From the human T2T-CHM13v2.0 reference genome, Homo sapiens: DNA of 64,000 bases. Below are positions 60,343 to 64,000 of this stretch, piece by piece. The notes under the pieces are model-generated. The model made no database searches. It was not told the DNA's origin and saw only the letters and a list, made by a program, of their open reading frames with translations. The translations under genes were made by a program, and so were the position numbers. The stretch is taken from NCBI RefSeq assembly GCF_009914755.1, contig NC_060927.1. One strand, written 5' to 3'. Each line of letters starts with the position of its first letter. Position 1 is the first letter of the stretch.

Positions 60343-60949
60343 TAGTCATATCTTACCCTTACATAAGCCACTTATTTCACAAACTTAAATCATAAGTAAG
60401 AACTTGGATATCATCCAAGAAGGCCTTTGAGTAGCCAAATTAAGTCCGATTAAAAAAGTTCTTTAAGATGAAAAATAGCAGTTTAACCCTGACCAGTCGT
60501 TTCTTCTGGTTAAGACAGCACACATCTATATGGTTGACAAAGTTTCATTTCATTATAAACTTGTCTAAAAAGAATAGTATTCAAAACACATTTTTAAGCA
60601 TAACATAGAGCATTTACTGCTCCATTAGACACACTTTGAAAATCAGAAGGCAATCTCTGAGATGGTGTGGTTTTGGTGAATTCTGCTTAAGTTGCTTGGC
60701 ATTCAGGTTTTGTGAGGGCTTGGGCTGTGATCGTCATCCCTCCAACAGCTTTGTGTGTCTGAGATTGAATATATACCCATAACTCAGGGAAAATTTGTTT
60801 ACTCATCATTTTATCATCAAATACACCATTATAAGTTTAGCAAGCAAAGACCAAGAAAAAGGTTAAATTAATATTGATGTTTTAATTTAAATGCAAGATA
60901 AAAAAAATCTGGTTAACTTTATTCTCCTAAACAGTTGTTGATGCTTTTT

Positions 60950-61510
60950 GAACTCTAAAAATGAATTATTTGAAATGATGCCTTTAAAGCTTTCCTTTCT
61001 CTATTTCACTTTAGTTTCTACAAGTATATAGGCTTCTCTTTCTAAGAAGATTCAGAAATTATCTTTGAGGAAAACTTCAAGAAATTTCTTTTTGGCCTCT
61101 TAAACTGGGCTTTTCATTGAATTCTGGTGCTCTTTGTTAAAATTTGCATGATTGGTTTTTAAATAATTCTGCTAGCATCGTGGTCTCATACAATTATTAT
61201 TCCAGGATTAACGAGAGTCACAAAACTTTTATTAAATATCCAAAATACTAAGAAAATCACTTTCAATCAGCATGTGAGAACAGCCTATGATTGCCTTCTG
61301 CTGATTTACTGCTTGTTTGGCATGTTTGGCAGGATATTGCAATCTTGCTTTCCACTACCAGGTTCATGTGGGAAAACTTAGGAACTGCTCCATAACTGTC
61401 ACATCTGTCGCCGATTTCAGATTTTTCTGAATTTCCCTCATTATCTTCTGTATTTTCACTGGTTTCAAGTTTGCTCATCAAACTTCCTGTTTTTAACCAC
61501 TGATCCATGC
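60950..61510 (-). mobile_element. hAT/Charlie (Buster-type) transposase fossil, N-terminal part
   Basis: MDQWLKTGS start, BED-finger-like NNCMRP..QNYLKTNH, and KALKASFQII motif in order. Confidence 0.6.
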
Positions 61511-61814
61511 TCCCAGTTGAAAATGTAATTTGAAACTATTCACATAAAAAAGTTAAATGCAGTATAACTTTACAACATTAAAAAAACCTCAGAATTTGGG
61601 CTTATTTTGTGTTATGGAAGAATTCACTGTGTTTAGAGAATTAAGCATAAGTATGTATTTGTAACAAAAAGTATCTGGTCTCATAAACTGCAGTGATAAT
61701 TTAACTGATCTGTGGGAATTGGGTGTGTGTCCATGCAAAAGTTTAAAAAAAACTCACTGTTTTTTTTTTAAATTGTATTTTATTTTTACATTAACAGATA
61801 AAATCCCAACTTTT

Positions 61815-61945
61815 TTATTTTATTTATTTATTTATTTATTTATTTTAGATGTGGTCTGTCTCTGTTGCCCAGGCTGGCCTCGAACTCCTGGGCTTAAACA
61901 ATCCTGCCTTTCTCCTGAGTAGCAGGGACTACAGGTGTGGCCATG
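61815..61945 (-). mobile_element. Alu monomer fragment (FLAM/FRAM-like)
   Basis: (TTTA)n tail, ctgttgcccaggctggcctcgaactcctgggc. Confidence 0.78.
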
Positions 61946-63004
61946 GCCATGTTTTTATTAATAACTACACCATTGATCTTAATGAGACAGATGAGACAGA
62001 CTCATTAAAAGAAACCCAACTGTAAAGTCTCTGTGGAATTGCCCAGAGATTATGTAACCTGATAGACTAGCACTCTTCCTGCCAGGTAGTGATATTACCA
62101 TAACCTATTCTCGTAGATATGTTTTCAGGTTTTCTTACTGTAAGAGTCATGTTTATACTATATGATGTGGTCCACTGTGATTGGAGCAGAGGTGATAACT
62201 TGATTGGCCTGGATCAATCAGATACTCTTCTATAATTAGGGAATTGGAACTAAAACCTTCTAGTTTAGTCTAGTTACATTTTATGGTAGTCAGAATGCTA
62301 AGATGTCCCTAATCTCACTGTAGCTGGATATGATGCTAACCTGCAGCTACTTTAGAAAAGAAATATTGGTGGATAACACTCCTTTAATACCCTCTGAGAC
62401 ATGCAGAAAAATCTGCTCCTTTGCAAAATATGCACTGACTACTATGTCTTTTTGGGTTCTTGTATCTACTTTTTGTGCTTTTCTGACTTGGAACTTTTAG
62501 CTCTCACTTCTTGTTGCCATTTTGGTGTTTATCCAAGAGGTGAAGAATAGTCATGAGTCTCTCCAGTTCTGCCCATTCTGGGTCCATACTTTCTATACTG
62601 GACTTTCTGAGCTTTTTAATTGAAGGTATACCACAAAGACATCTGATTATTGACAGCATACTGCATACTGATTTTCCAACCTACCTTGGCAGAGTTGGAG
62701 CCTTGCTTACTTTTAGTTCAGTTGAGATAATACTGGAATCTTCCAAAAGAAACTTTGACAAAAACTAGGGATGGAGTTTGGTGGGAGTGGAGGGGTGGGA
62801 TGGTGGAAAAGCATAGAAATCAATGAATTCCTGTAGGGCAGGGTTCTGATCTGTACTTTATGTCCAGTCAAGATTCAGTTTGGCTAGGACAGCTTTAGGG
62901 CAGGTAGCCTCTTGTTCCTGGACTAACTTTAAACTTCTCTGTATTGGGCATATATATTTGAATGAGCACAAAATTTTTTCTTCTACAGAAGAAAAAAAGG
63001 TAAG

Positions 63005-63365
63005 TGGGATGTCATCAAAATTTAAAGTTTTGTGCTTCAAATAACATCAAGAATGTAAAAAGACAACAAATGGAATGAGAGAAAATATTTAGAAAGCATA
63101 TCTCTAATAAGGAATTTGTATTCAGAATATATAAAGAACTTTTACAATTAACAATAAAAGACAAATAATTCAATTTAAAATTGGGAGATAAATTGCATAG
63201 ACGTTTCTCCAAAGAGTTACGAATGGTGACTCAGGACATGAAAAGACACTTAACATTGTTAGACATTAAGGAAATGCAAATCAAAACCACTATAACACTC
63301 TCATCCATTAGGATGGCTAAAACAGAAAAAAATCAAACACCAGACAATAACAATGTGTGTCAGCA
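63005..63365 (+). mobile_element. L1M ORF2 3' fragment
   Basis: LHRRFSKE...DMKRHLTLLDIKEMQIKTT remnant. Confidence 0.8.
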
Positions 63366-63499
63366 TGCATGTTTTTTTTTTTTTTTTTCTGGACTGCTTT
63401 TTTTTTTCTTTTTCTTTAATAACACTCTGTGTAATTGAGCCACATGAAGCATTAGTTATGTTTGGGTTTCATTGCCATAGCACTTTTCAGCTTATTATG

Positions 63500-63990
63500 A
63501 CTTTTACCATGTATTATGTGCCTCATTGATCTTTACAACCACGTAAGGTTGGTGAAATAGTACATTATTTTCTCTTTTTTGAAGATAAAGACACTCAGGC
63601 TCAGAGATATTTTGTGACTTGGCCAAGTCATCCTATACGTGGTTAAACTAGGACTTAAATTCAGGTTTTCTTTACAATATACCATACTGCTTCCTAAATA
63701 ATACTGGCTTATGTTTAATTGCAATGTTTAGATGGCTTTAAAATATTATATTCATGGATATCACTTCATTTTAAACTTCACAACCACCCTATGAGATGAG
63801 TAGGCCAAGGAATGTTATATTAATTTTACAGTTGAATATGTTGCTCAGAATAATCAAGTTTTATTTCAAGCTCTGCCACCCACTTACCTTGGACAGATTA
63901 TATAATTTCTGAAATTCTAAGCTTTTTTTTATGTGTAAACTGAAGTCTCCTACTAGATGATCTCAAAGATCCCTCCTAAGCCTACTATTT
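63500..63990. mobile_element. Cluster of MIR relics
   Basis: aggctcagaga..gtgacttggccaagtca; cacaaccaccctatgagatgag...attttacag. Confidence 0.6.
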
Positions 63991-64000
63991 TGTGATCTTA

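Overview
This is primate genomic DNA, almost certainly human given a consensus-perfect AluYa5. It is AT-rich, has no CpG island and is dominated by transposable elements: about 26 Alu/FLAM copies, two full-length but inactivated L1PA7/8-like LINE-1s on the minus strand (~24290-30702 and ~37905-44350), truncated L1PA/L1M pieces, MaLR and ERV1 solo LTRs, Tigger/hAT DNA-transposon fossils, L2/MIR relics and an ~790 bp alternating purine-pyrimidine minisatellite. I recognise no protein-coding gene; nearly all listed ORFs are repeat-derived. I found no convincing novel biological system. The most notable observations are: a very young AluYa5 forming an inverted Alu pair, a near-perfect 133 bp tandem duplication, several template-switch or templated-insertion scars (including a perfect 26 bp palindrome), an ORF0-like antisense frame open for 176 codons in one L1, eroded RTE-X/L4 reverse-transcriptase and Charlie transposase fossils, and a candidate GC/CCAAT/TATA promoter with possible plus-strand exons. 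Subfamily names come from recalled consensus sequences, not from a search, and boundaries of old repeats are approximate.
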